A stretch of DNA of 64,000 nt from the human T2T-CHM13v2.0 reference genome, Homo sapiens, in assembly GCF_009914755.1 (NCBI RefSeq), contig NC_060925.1. One strand, written 5' to 3'. Position 1 is the first letter of the stretch. Each line of letters opens with the position of its first letter. The notes below the pieces were generated by a model. It saw nothing but the letters and a program-made list of their open reading frames with translations. It had not been told where the DNA came from and searched no databases. Positions 50,501 to 62,490 of this stretch are shown here, piece after piece. The position numbers were made by a program, and so were the translations under genes.

Positions 50501-52000
50501 AACTCACAGAGTTTAACCTTTCTGTTCATAGAGCAGTTAGGAAACACTCTGTTTGTAAAGTCTGCAAGTGGATATTCAGACCTCCTAGAGGCCTTCGTTG
50601 GAAACGGGATTTCTTCATATTCTGCTAGACAGAAGAATTCTCAGTAACTTCCTTGTGTTGTGTGTATTCAACTCACAGAGTTGAACGATCCTTTACACAG
50701 AGCAGACTTGAAACACTCTTTTTGTGGAATTTGCAAGTGGAGATTTCAGCCGCTTTGAGGTCAATGGTAGAAAAGGAAACTATCTTCATATAAAGACTAG
50801 ACAGAATGATTCTCAGAAAATCTTTGTGATGTGTGCGTTCAACTCACAGAGTTTAACTTTTCTTCTCATAGAGCAGTTAGGAAACACTCTGTTTGTAAAG
50901 TCTGCAAGTGGATATTCAGACCTCTTTGAGGCCTTCGTTGGAAACGGGATTTCTTCATATTGTGCTAGACAGAATAATTCTCAGTAACTTCCTTGTGTTG
51001 TGTGTATTCAACTCACCGAGTTGAAGGATCCTTTACAGAGAGCAGGCTTGAAACACTCTTTTTGTCGAATGTGCAAGTGGAGATTTCAGCTGCTTTGAGG
51101 TGAACGGTAGAATAGGAAATATCTTCTTATAGAAACTAGACAGAATGATTCTCATAAACTCCTTTGTGATGTGTGCGTTCAACTCACAGAGTTTAACCTT
51201 TCTTTTCATAGAGCAGTTAGGAAACACTCTGTTTGTAAAGTCTGCAAGTGGATATTCAGACCTCCTTGAGGCCTTCGTTGGAAACGGGATTTCTTCATAT
51301 TCTGCTAGACAGAAGAATTCTCAGTAACTTCCTTGTGTTGTGTTTATTCAACTCACAGAGTTGAATGATCCTTTACACAGAGCAGACTTGAAACACTCTT
51401 TTTGTGGAATTTGCAAGTGGAGATTTCAGCCGCTTTGAGGTCAATGGTAGAAAAGTAAATATCTTCGTATAAAGACTAGACAGAATGATTCTCAGAAACT
51501 CCTTTGTGATGTGTGCGTTCAACTCACAGAGTTTAACCTTTCTGTTCATAGAGCAGTTAGGAAACACTCTGTTTGTAAAGTCTGCAAGTGGATATTCAGA
51601 CCTCCTTGAGGCCTTCGTTGGAAACCGGATTTCTTCATATTCTGCTAGACAGAAGAATTCTCAGTAACTTCTTTGTGTTGTGTGTATTCAACTCACAGAG
51701 TTGAACGATCCTTTACACAGAGGAGACTTGAAACACTCTTTTTGTGGAATTTGCAAGTGGAGATTACAGCCGCTTTGAGGTCAATGGTAGAAAAGGAAAT
51801 ATCTTCGTATAAAGACTAGACAGAATGATTCTCATAAACTCCTTTGTGATGTGTGCGTTCAAATCACAGAGTTTAACTTTTCTTTTCATAGAGCAGTTAG
51901 GAAACACTCTGTTTGTAAAGTCTGCAAGTGGATATTCAGACCTCTTTGAGGCCTTCTTTGGAAACGGGATTTCTTCATATTATGCTAGACAGAATAATTC
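44527..52000 (+). repeat. ~4416-bp (26-monomer) tandem duplication with an internal 2716/1700 substructure
   Basis: GCAACTGGAG at 44961/49377, CATATTGTGC at ~46547/50962, CGAATGTGC at ~46656/51071 and the AAACCGG box at 47198/51613. GTTCATCTC occurs three times (45401, 48117, 49817). Confidence 0.82.
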
Positions 52001-55000
52001 TCAGTAACTTCCTTGTGTTGTGTGTATTCAACTCACAGAGTTGAACGATCCTTTACACAGAGCAGACTTGAAACACTCTTTTTGTGGAATTTGCAAGTGG
52101 AGATTTCAGCCGCTTTGAGGTCAATGGTAGAATAGGAAATATCTTCCTATAGAAACTAGACAGAACGATTCTCAGAAACTCCTTTGTGATGTGTGCGTTC
52201 AACTCACAGAGTTTAACCTTTCTTTTCATAGAGCAGTTAGGAAACACTCTGTTTGTAAAGTCTGCAAGTGGATATTCAGACCTCTTTGAGGCCTTCGTTG
52301 GAAACGGGATTTCTTCATATTCTGCTAGACAGAAGAATTCTCAGTAACTTCCTTGTGTTGTGTGTATTCAACTCACAGAGTTGAACGATCCTTTACACAG
52401 AGCAGACTTGAAACACTCTTTTTGTGGAATTTGCAAGTGGAGATTTCAGCCGCTTTGAGGTCAATAGTAGAAAAGGAAATATCTTCGTAGAAAAACTAGA
52501 CAGAATGATTCTCAGAAACTCCTTTGTGATGTGTGTGTTCAACTCACAGAGTTTAACCTTTCTTTTCCTAGAGCAGTTAGTAAACACTCTGTTTATAAAG
52601 TCTGCAAGTGGATATTCAGACCCCTTTGAGGCCTTCGTTGGAAACGGGATTTCTTCATATTATGCTAGACAGAAGAATTCTCAGTAACTTCCTTGTGTTG
52701 TGTGTATTCAACTGACAGAGTTGAACTTTCATTTAGAGAGAGCAGATTTGAAACACTGTTTTTGTGGAATTTGCAAGTGGAGATTTCAAGCGCTTTGGGG
52801 CCAAAGGCAGAAAAGGAAATATCTTCGTATAAAAACGAGACAGAATCATTCTCAGAAACTGCTGCGTGATGTGTGCGTTCAACTCTCAGAGTTTAACTTT
52901 TCTTTTCATTCAGCGGTTTGGAAACACTCTGTTTGTAAAGACTGCACGTGGATATTTTGACCACTTAGAGGCCTTCGTTGGAAACGGGTTTTTTTTCATG
53001 TAAGGCTAGACAGAAGAATTCCCAGTAACTTCCTTGTGTTGTGTGTATTCAACTCACAGAGTTGAACGATCCTTTACACAGAGCAGACTTGAAACACTCT
53101 TTTTGTGGAATTTGCAAGTGGAGATTTCAGCCGCTTTGAGGTCAATGGTAGAAAAGGAAACTATCTTCATATAAAGACTAGACAGAATGATTCTCAGAAA
53201 ATCTTTTGTGATGTGTGCGTTCAACTCACAGAGTTTAACTTTTCTTCTCATAGAGCAGTTAGGAAACACTCTGTTTGTAAAGTCTGCAAGTGGATATTCA
53301 GACCTCTTTGAGGCCTTCGTTGGAAACGGGATTTCTTCATATTATGCTAGACAGAATAATTCTCAGTAACTTCCTTGTGTTGTGTGTATTCAACTCACCG
53401 AGTTGAAGGATCCTTTACAGAGAACAGGCTTGAAACACTCTTTTTGTCGAATTTGCAAGTGGAGATTTCAGCCGCTTTGAGGTGAATGGTAGAATAGGAA
53501 ATATCTTCTTATAGAAACTAGACAGAATGATTCTCATAAACTCCTTTGTGATGTGTGCGTTCAACTCACAGGGTTTAACCTTTCTTTTCATAGAGCAGTT
53601 AGGAAACACTCTGTTTGTAAAGTCTGCAAGTGGATATTCAGACCTCCTTGAGGCCTTCGTTGGAAACGGGATTTCTTCATATTCTGCTAGACAGAAGAAT
53701 TCTCAGTAACTTCCTTGTGTTGTGTTTATTCAACTCACAGAGTTGAATGATCCTTTACACAGAGCAGACTTGAAACACTCTTTTTGTGGAATTTGCAAGT
53801 GGAGATTTCAGCCGCTTTGAGGTCAATGGTAGAAAAGTAAATATCTTCGTATAAAGACTAGACAGAATGATTCTCAGAAACTCCTTTGTGATGTGTGCGT
53901 TCAACTCACAGAGTTTAACCTTTCTGTTCATAGAGCAGTTAGGAAACACTCTGTTTGTAAAGTCTGCAAGTGGATATTCAGACCTCCTTGAGGCCTTCGT
54001 TGGAAACCGGATTTCTTCATATTCTGCTAGACAGAAGAATTCTCAGTAACTTCTTTGTGTTGTGTGTATTCAACTCACAGAGTTGAACGATCCTTTACAC
54101 AGAGGAGACTTGAAACACTCTTTTTGTGGAATTTGCAAGTGGAGATTACAGCCGCTTTGAGGTCAATGGTAGAAAAGGAAATATCTTCGTATAAAGACTA
54201 GACAGAATGATTCTCATAAACTCCTTTGTGATGTGTGCGTTCAAATCACAGAGTTTAACTTTTCTTTTCATAGAGCAGTTAGGAAACACTCTGTTTGTAA
54301 AGTCTGCAAGTGGATATTCAGACCTCTTTGAGGCCTTCTTTGGAAACGGGATTTCTTCATATTATGCTAGACAGAATAATTCTCAGTAACTTCCTTGTGT
54401 TGTGTGTATTCAACTCACAGAGTTGAACGATCCTTTACACAGAGCAGACTTGAAACACTCTTTTTGTGGAATTTGCAAGTGGAGATTTCAGCCGCTTTGA
54501 GGTCAATGGTAGAATAGGAAATATCTTCCTATAGAAACTAGACAGAACGATTCTCAGAAACTCCTTTGTGATGTGTGCGTTCAACTCACAGAGTTTAACC
54601 TTTCTTTTCATAGAGCAGTTAGGAAACACTCTGTTTGTAAAGTCTGCAAGTGGATATTCAGACCTCTTTGAGGCCTTCGTTGGAAACGGGATTTCTTCAT
54701 ATTCTGCTAGACAGAAGAATTCTCAGTAACTTCCTTGTGTTGTGTGTATTCAACTCACAGAGTTGAACGATCCTTTACACAGAGCAGACTTGAAACACTC
54801 TTTTTGTGGAATTTGCAAGTGGAGATTTCAGCCGCTTTGAGGTCAATAGTAGAAAAGGAAATATCTTCGTAGAAAAACTAGACAGAATGATTCTCAGAAA
54901 CTCCTTTGTGATGTGTGTGTTCAACTCACAGAGTTTAACCTTTCTTTTCCTAGAGCAGTTAGTAAACACTCTGTTTATAAAGTCTGCAAGTGGATATTCA

Positions 55001-56896
55001 GACCCCTTTGAGGCCTTCGTTGGAAACGGGATTTCTTCATATTATGCTAGACAGAAGAATTCTCAGTAACTTCCTTGTGTTGTGTGTATTCAACTGACAG
55101 AGTTGAACTTTCATTTAGAGAGAGCAGATTTGAAACACTGTTTTTGTGGAATTTGCAAGTGGAGATTTCAAGCGCTTTGGGGCCAAAGGCAGAAAAGGAA
55201 ATATCTTCGTATAAAAACGAGACAGAATCATTCTCAGAAACTGCTGCGTGATGTGTGCGTTCAACTCTCAGAGTTTAACTTTTCTTTTCATTCAGCGGTT
55301 TGGAAACACTCTGTTTGTAAAGACTGCACGTGGATATTTTGACCACTTAGAGGCCTTCGTTGGAAACGGGTTTTTTTTCATGTAAGGCTAGACAGAAGAA
55401 TTCCCAGTAACTTCCTTGTGTTGTGTGTATTCAACTCACAGAGTTGAACGATCCTTTACACAGAGCAGACTTGAAACACTCTTTTTGTGGAATTTGCAAG
55501 TGGAGATTTCAGCCGCTTTGAGGTCAATGGTAGAAAAGGAAACTATCTTCATATAAAGACTAGACAGAATGATTCTCAGAAAATCTTTTGTGATGTGTGC
55601 GTTCAACTCACAGAGTTTAACTTTTCTTCTCATAGAGCAGTTAGGAAACACTCTGTTTGTAAAGTCTGCAAGTGGATATTCAGACCTCTTTGAGGCCTTC
55701 GTTGGAAACGGGATTTCTTCATATTATGCTAGACAGAATAATTCTCAGTAACTTCCTTGTGTTGTGTGTATTCAACTCACCGAGTTGAAGGATCCTTTAC
55801 AGAGAACAGGCTTGAAACACTCTTTTTGTCGAATTTGCAAGTGGAGATTTCAGCCGCTTTGAGGTGAATGGTAGAATAGGAAATATCTTCTTATAGAAAC
55901 TAGACAGAATGATTCTCATAAACTCCTTTGTGATGTGTGCGTTCAACTCACAGGGTTTAACCTTTCTTTTCATAGAGCAGTTAGGAAACACTCTGTTTGT
56001 AAAGTCTGCAAGTGGATATTCAGACCTCCTTGAGGCCTTCGTTGGAAACGGGATTTCTTCATATTCTGCTAGACAGAAGAATTCTCAGTAACTTCCTTGT
56101 GTTGTGTTTATTCAACTCACAGAGTTGAATGATCCTTTACACAGAGCAGACTTGAAACACTCTTTTTGTGGAATTTGCAAGTGGAGATTTCAGCCGCTTT
56201 GAGGTCAATGGTAGAAAAGTAAATATCTTCGTATAAAGACTAGACAGAATGATTCTCAGAAACTCCTTTGTGATGTGTGCGTTCAACTCACAGAGTTTAA
56301 CCTTTCTGTTCATAGAGCAGTTAGGAAACACTCTGTTTGTAAAGTCTGCAAGTGGATATTCAGACCTCCTTGAGGCCTTCGTTGGAAACCGGATTTCTTC
56401 ATATTCTGCTAGACAGAAGAATTCTCAGTAACTTCTTTGTGTTGTGTGTATTCAACTCACAGAGTTGAACGATCCTTTACACAGAGGAGACTTGAAACAC
56501 TCTTTTTGTGGAATTTGCAAGTGGAGATTACAGCCGCTTTGAGGTCAATGGTAGAAAAGGAAATATCTTCGTATAAAGACTAGACAGAATGATTCTCATA
56601 AACTCCTTTGTGATGTGTGCGTTCAAATCACAGAGTTTAACTGTTCTTTTCATAGAGCAGTTAGGAAACACTCTGTTTGTAAAGTCTGCAAGTGGATATT
56701 CAGACCTCTTTGAGGCCTTCTTTGGAAACGGGATTTCTTCATATTATGCTAGACAGAATAATTCTCAGTAACTTCCTTGTGTTGTGTGTATTCAACTCAC
56801 AGAGTTGAACGATCCTTTACACAGAGCAGACTTGAAACACTCTTTTTGTGGAATTTGCAAGTGGAGATTTCAGCCGCTTTGAGGTCAATGGTAGAA
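51191..56896 (+). repeat. 2382-bp (14-monomer) near-identical tandem duplication, about 2.4 copies
   Basis: AAACCGG boxes at 51613/53995/56377 and TTCTTTGG boxes at 51953/54335/56717. AAAACGAGAC at ~52836/55218, GGG-T8 at ~52986/55368 and CAGGGTTT at ~53572/55954. One mismatch is visible at 56643. Confidence 0.92.
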
Positions 56897-58719
56897 AAGG
56901 AAATATCTTCGTATAAAGACTAGACAGAATGATTCTCATAAACTCCTTTGTGATGTGTGCGTTCAACTCACAGAGTTTAACTTTTCTTTTCATAGAGCAG
57001 TTAGGAAACACTCTGTTTGTAAAGTCTGCAAGTGGATATTCAGACCCCTTTGAGGCCTTCGTTGGAAACGGGATTTCTTCATATTCTGCTAGACAGAAGA
57101 ATTCTCAGTAACTTCCTTGTGTTGTGTGTATTCAACTCACAGAGTTGAACGATCCTTTACACAGAGCAGACTTGAAACATTCTTTTTGTGGAATTTGCAA
57201 GTGGAGATTTCAGCCGCTTTGAGGTCAATGGTAGAATAGGAAATATCTTCCTATAGAAACTAGACAGAACGATTCTCAGAAACTCCTTTGTGATGTGTGC
57301 GTTCAACTCACAGAGTTTAACCTTTCTTTTCATAGAGCAGTTAGGAAACACTCTGTTTGTAAAGTCTGCAAGTGGATATTCAGACCTCTTTGAGGCCTTC
57401 GTTGGAAACGGGATTTCTTCATATTCTGCTAGACAGAAGAATTCTCAGTAATTTCCTTGTGTTGTGTGTATTCAACTCACAGAGTTGAACGATCCTTTAC
57501 ACAGAGCAGACTTGAAACACTCTTTTTGTGGAATTTGCAAGTGGAGATTTCAGCCGCTTTGAGGTCAATAGTAGAAAAGGAAATATCTTCGTAGAAAAAC
57601 TGGACAGAATCATTCTCAGAAAATCCTTTGTGATGTGTGTGTTCAACTCACAGAGTTTAACCTTTCTTTTCATAGAGCAGTTAGTAAACACTCTGTTTAC
57701 AAAGTCTGCAAGTGGATATTCAGACCCCTTTGAGGCCTTCGTTGGAAACGGGATTTCTTCATATTATGCTAGACAGAAGAATTCTCAGTAACTTCCTTGT
57801 GTTGTGTGTATTCAACTGACAGAGTTGAACTTTCATTTAGAGAGAGCAGATTTGAAACACTGTTTTTGTGGAATTTGCAATTGGAGATTTCAAGCGCTTT
57901 GGGGCCAAAGGCAGAAAAGGAAATATCTTCGTATAAAAACTAGACAGAATCATTCTCAGAAACTGCTGCGTGATGTGTGCGTTCAACTCTCAGAGTTTAA
58001 CTTTTCTTTTCATTCAGCGGTTTGGAGACACTCTGTTTGTAAAGTCTGCACGTGGATATTTTGACCACTTAGAGGCCTTCGTTGGAAACGGGTTTTTTTC
58101 ATGTAAGGCTAGACAGAAGAATTCCCAGTAACTTCCTTGTGTTGTGTGCATTCAACTCACAGAGTTGAACGTTCCCTTAGACAGAGCAGATTTGAAACAC
58201 TCTATTTGTGCAATTTGCAAGTGTAGATTTCAAGCGCTTTAAGGTCAATGGCAGAAAAGGAAATATCTTCCTTTCAAAACTAGACAGAATCATTCCCACA
58301 AACTGCGTTGTGATGTGTTCGTTCAACTCACAGAGTTTAACCTTTCTGTTCATAGAGCAGTTAGGAAACACTCTGTTTGTAAAGTCTGCAAGTGGATATT
58401 CAGACCTCCTTGAGGCCTTCGTTGGAAACGGGATTTCTTCATATTCTGCTAGACAGAATAATTCTCAGTAACTTCCTTGTGTTGTGTGTATTCAACTCAC
58501 AGAGTTGAACGATCCTTTACACAGAGCAGACTTGAAACACTCTTTTTGTGGAATTTGCAAGTGGAGATTTCAGCCGCTTTGAGGTCAATTGTAGAATAGG
58601 AAATATCTTCTTATAGAAACTAGACAGAATGATTCTCAGAAACTCCTTTGTGATGTGTGCGTTCAACTCACAGAGTTTAACCTTTCTTTTCATAGAGCAG
58701 TTAGGAAACACTCTGTTTA

Positions 58720-61700
58720 TAAAGTCTGCAAGTCGATATTCAGACCCCTTTGAGGCCTTCGTTGGAAACGGGATTTCTTCATATTATGCTAGACAGAAGA
58801 ATTCTCAGTAACTTCCTTGTGTTGTGTGTATTCAACTGACAGAGTTGAACTATCATTTAGAGAGAGCAGATTTGAAACACTGTTTTTGTGGAATTTGCAA
58901 GTGGAGATTTCAAGCGCTTTGAGGTCAATGGTAGAAAAGGAAATATCTTCGTATAAAGACTAGACAGAATGATTCTCAGAAACTCCTTTGTGATGTGTGC
59001 GTTCAACTCACAGAGTTTAACTTTTCTTTTCATAGAGCAGTTAGGAAACACTCTGTTTGTAAAGTCTGCAAGTGGATATTCAGACCTCCTTGAGGCCTTC
59101 GTTGGAAACGGGATTTCTTCATATTCTGCTAGACAGAAGAATTCTCAGTAATTTCCTTGTGTTGTGTGTATTCAACTCACAGAGTTGAACGATCCTTTAC
59201 ACAGAGCAGACTTGAAACACTCTTTTTGTGGAATTTGCAAGTGGAGATTTCAGCCGCTTTGAGGTCAATGGTAGAAAAGGAAATATCTTCGTATAAAGAC
59301 TAGACAGAATGATTCTCAGAAACTCCTTTGTGATGTGTGCGTTCAACTCACAGAGTTTAACTTTTCTTTTCATAGAGCAGTTAGGAAACACTCTGTTTGT
59401 AAAGTCTGCAAGTGGATATTCAGACCTCTTTGAGGCCTTCGTTGGAAACGGGATTTCTTCATATTATGCTAGACAGAAGAATTCTCAGTAACTTCCTTGT
59501 GTTGTGTGTAATCAACTCACAGAGTTGAACGATCCTTTACACAGAGCAGACTTGAAACATTCTTTTTGTGGAATTTGTAGGTGGAGATTTCAGCCGCTTT
59601 GAGGTCAATGGTAGAATGGGAAATATCTTCCTATAGAAACTAGACAGAACGATTCTCAGAAACTCCTTTGTGATGTGTGCGTTCAACTCACAGAGTTTAA
59701 CCTTTCTTTTCATAGAGCAGTTAGGAAACACTCTGTTTGTAAAGTCTGCAAGTGGATATTCAGACCTCTTTGAGGCCTTCGTTGGAAACGGGATTTCTTC
59801 ATATTATGCTAGACAGAAGAATTCTCAGTAACTTCCTTGTGTTGTGTGTATTCAACTCACAGAGTTGAACGATCCTTTACACAGAGCAGACTTGAAACAC
59901 TCTTTTTGTGGAATTTGCAAGTGGAGATTTCAGCCGCTTTGAGGTCAATAGTAGAAAAGGAAATATCTTCGTAGAAAAACTAGACAGAATGATTCTCATA
60001 AACTCCTTTGTGATGTGTGCGTTCAACTCACAGAGTTTAACTTTTCTTTTCATAGAGCAGTTAGGAAACACTCTGTTTGTAAAGTGTGCAAGTGGATATT
60101 CAGACCTCTTTGAGGCCTTCGTTGGACACGGGATTTCTTCATATTCTGCTAGACAGAAGAATTCTCAGTAACTTCCTTGTGTTGTGTGTATTCAACTCAC
60201 AGAGTTGAACGATCCTTTACACAGAGCAGACTTGAAACATTCTTTTTGTGGAATTTGCAAGTGGAGATTTCAGCCGCTTTGAGGTCAATGGTAGAATAGG
60301 AAATATCTTCTTATAGAAACTAGACAGAATGATTCTCAGAAACTCCTTTGTGATGTGTGCGTTCAACTCACAGAGTTTAACCTTTCTTTTCATAGAGCAG
60401 TTAGGAAACACTCTGTTTGTAAAGTCTGCAAGTGGATATTCAGACCTCTTTGAGGCCTTCGTTGGAAACGGGATTTCTTCATATTCTGCTAGACAGAAGA
60501 ATTCTCAGTAACTTCCTTGTGTTGTGTGTATTCAACTCACAGAGTTGAACGATCCTTTACACAGAGCAGACTTGAAACACTCTTTTTGTGGAATTTGCAA
60601 GTGGAGATTTCAGCCGCTTTGAGGTCAATAGTAGAAAAGGAAATATCTTCGTAGAAAAACTAGACAGAATGATTCTCAGAAACTCCTTTGTGATGTGTGT
60701 GTTCAACTCACAGAGTTTAACCTTTCTTTTCATAGAGCAGTTAGTAAACACTCTGTTTATAAAGTCTGCAAGTCGATATTCAGACCCCTTTGAGGCCTTC
60801 GTTGGAAACGGGATTTCTTCATATTATGCTAGACAGAAGAATTCTCAGTAACTTCCTTGTGTTGTGTGTATTCAACTGACAGAGTTGAACTATCATTTAG
60901 AGAGAGCAGATTTGAAACACTGTTTTTGTGGAATTTGCAAGTGGAGATTTCAAGCGCTTTGAGGTCAATGGTAGAAAAGGAAATATCTTCGTATAAAGAC
61001 TAGACAGAATGATTCTCAGAAACTCCTTTGTGATGTGTGCGTTCAACTCACAGAGTTTAACTTTTCTTTTCATAGAGCAGTTAGGAAACACTCTGTTTGT
61101 AAAGTCTGCAAGTGGATATTCAGACCTCCTTGAGGCCTTCGTTGGAAACGGGATTTCTTCATATTCTGCTAGACAGAAGAATTCTCAGTAACTTCCTTGT
61201 GTTGTGTGTATTCAACTCACAGAGTTGAACGATCCTTTACACAGAGCAGACTTGAAACACTCTTTTTGTGGAATTTGCAAGTGGAGATTTCAGCCGCTTT
61301 GAGGTCAATGGTAGAAAAGGAAATATCTTCGTATAAAGACTAGACAGAATGATTCTCAGAAACTCCTTTGTGATGTGTGCGTTCAACTCACAGAGTTTAA
61401 CTTTTCTTTTCATAGAGCAGTTAGGAAACACTCTGTTTGTAAAGTCTGCAAGTGGATATTCAGACCTCTTTGAGGCCTTCGTTGGAAACGGGATTTCTTC
61501 ATATTATGCTAGACAGAAGAATTCTCAGTAACTTCCTTGTGTTGTGTGTATTCAACTCACAGAGTTGAACGATCCTTTACACAGAGCAGACTTGAAACAT
61601 TCTTTTTGTGGAATTTGTAAGTGGAGATTTCAGCCGCTTTGAGGTCAATGGTAGAATGGGAAATATCTTCCTATAGAAACTAGACAGAACGATTCTCAGA

Positions 61701-62490
61701 AACTCCTTTGTGATGTGTGCGTTCAACTCACAGAGTTTAACCTTTCTTTTCATAGAGCAGTTAGGAAACACTCTGTTTGTAAAGTCTGCAAGTGGATATT
61801 CAGACCTCTTTGAGGCCTTCGTTGGAAACGGCATTTCTTCATATTCTGCTAGACAGAAGAATTCTCAGTAACTTCCTTGTGTTGTGTGTATTCAACTCAC
61901 AGAGTTGAACGATCCTTTACACAGAGCAGACTTGAAACACTCTTTTTGTGGAATTTGCAAGTGGAGATTTCAGCCGCTTTGAGGTCAATTGTAGAAAAGG
62001 AAATATCTTCGTAGAAAAACTAGACAGAATGATTCTCATAAACTCCTTTGTGATGTGTGCGTTCAACTCACAGAGTTTAACTTTTCTTTTCATAGAGCAG
62101 TTAGGAAACACTCTGTTTGTAAAGTCTGCAAGTGGATATTCAGACCTCTTTGAGGCCTTCGTTGGAAACGGGATTTCTTCATATTCTGCTAGACAGAAGA
62201 ATTCTCAGTAACTTCCTTGTGTTGTGTGTATTCAACTCACAGAGTTGAACGATCCTTTACACAGAGCAGACTTGAAACATTCTTTTTGTGGAATTTGCAA
62301 GTGGAGATTTCAGCCGCTTTGAGGTCAATGGTAGAATAGGAAATATCTTCCTATAGAAACTAGACAGAACGATTCTCAGAAACTCCTTTGTGATGTGTGC
62401 GTTCAACTCACAGAGTTTAACCTTTCTTTTCATAGAGCAGTTAGGAAACACTCTGTTTGTAAAGTCTGCAAGTGGATATTCAGACCTCTT
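58720..62490 (+). repeat. 2040-bp (12-monomer) tandem duplication containing a truncated/hybrid B dimer
   Basis: AGTCGATATT at 58731/60771, AACTATCATT followed by CAAGCGCTTTGAGG at ~58851/60891, and GTAGAATGGG at 59611/61651. Confidence 0.85.

Noticed and set aside
41470-57787. Reappearance of the 7-5-8 dimer spacing as a third copy of the 6800-bp unit
   Set aside because: The private SNPs of the 15-28 kb block (e.g. GTAGATA, GCCATCG, TTAATTCTC) are absent and the dimer composition differs. The similar spacing is at most distant ancestry.
11161-60133. Box variants TTAGAAA (11161, 19660, 26460), TTGAAAA (31219, 32579, 33599) and GGACAC (60117) as inactivating
   Set aside because: They change positions outside the nine-base TTCG/A/CGGG core, so they were not counted as broken.
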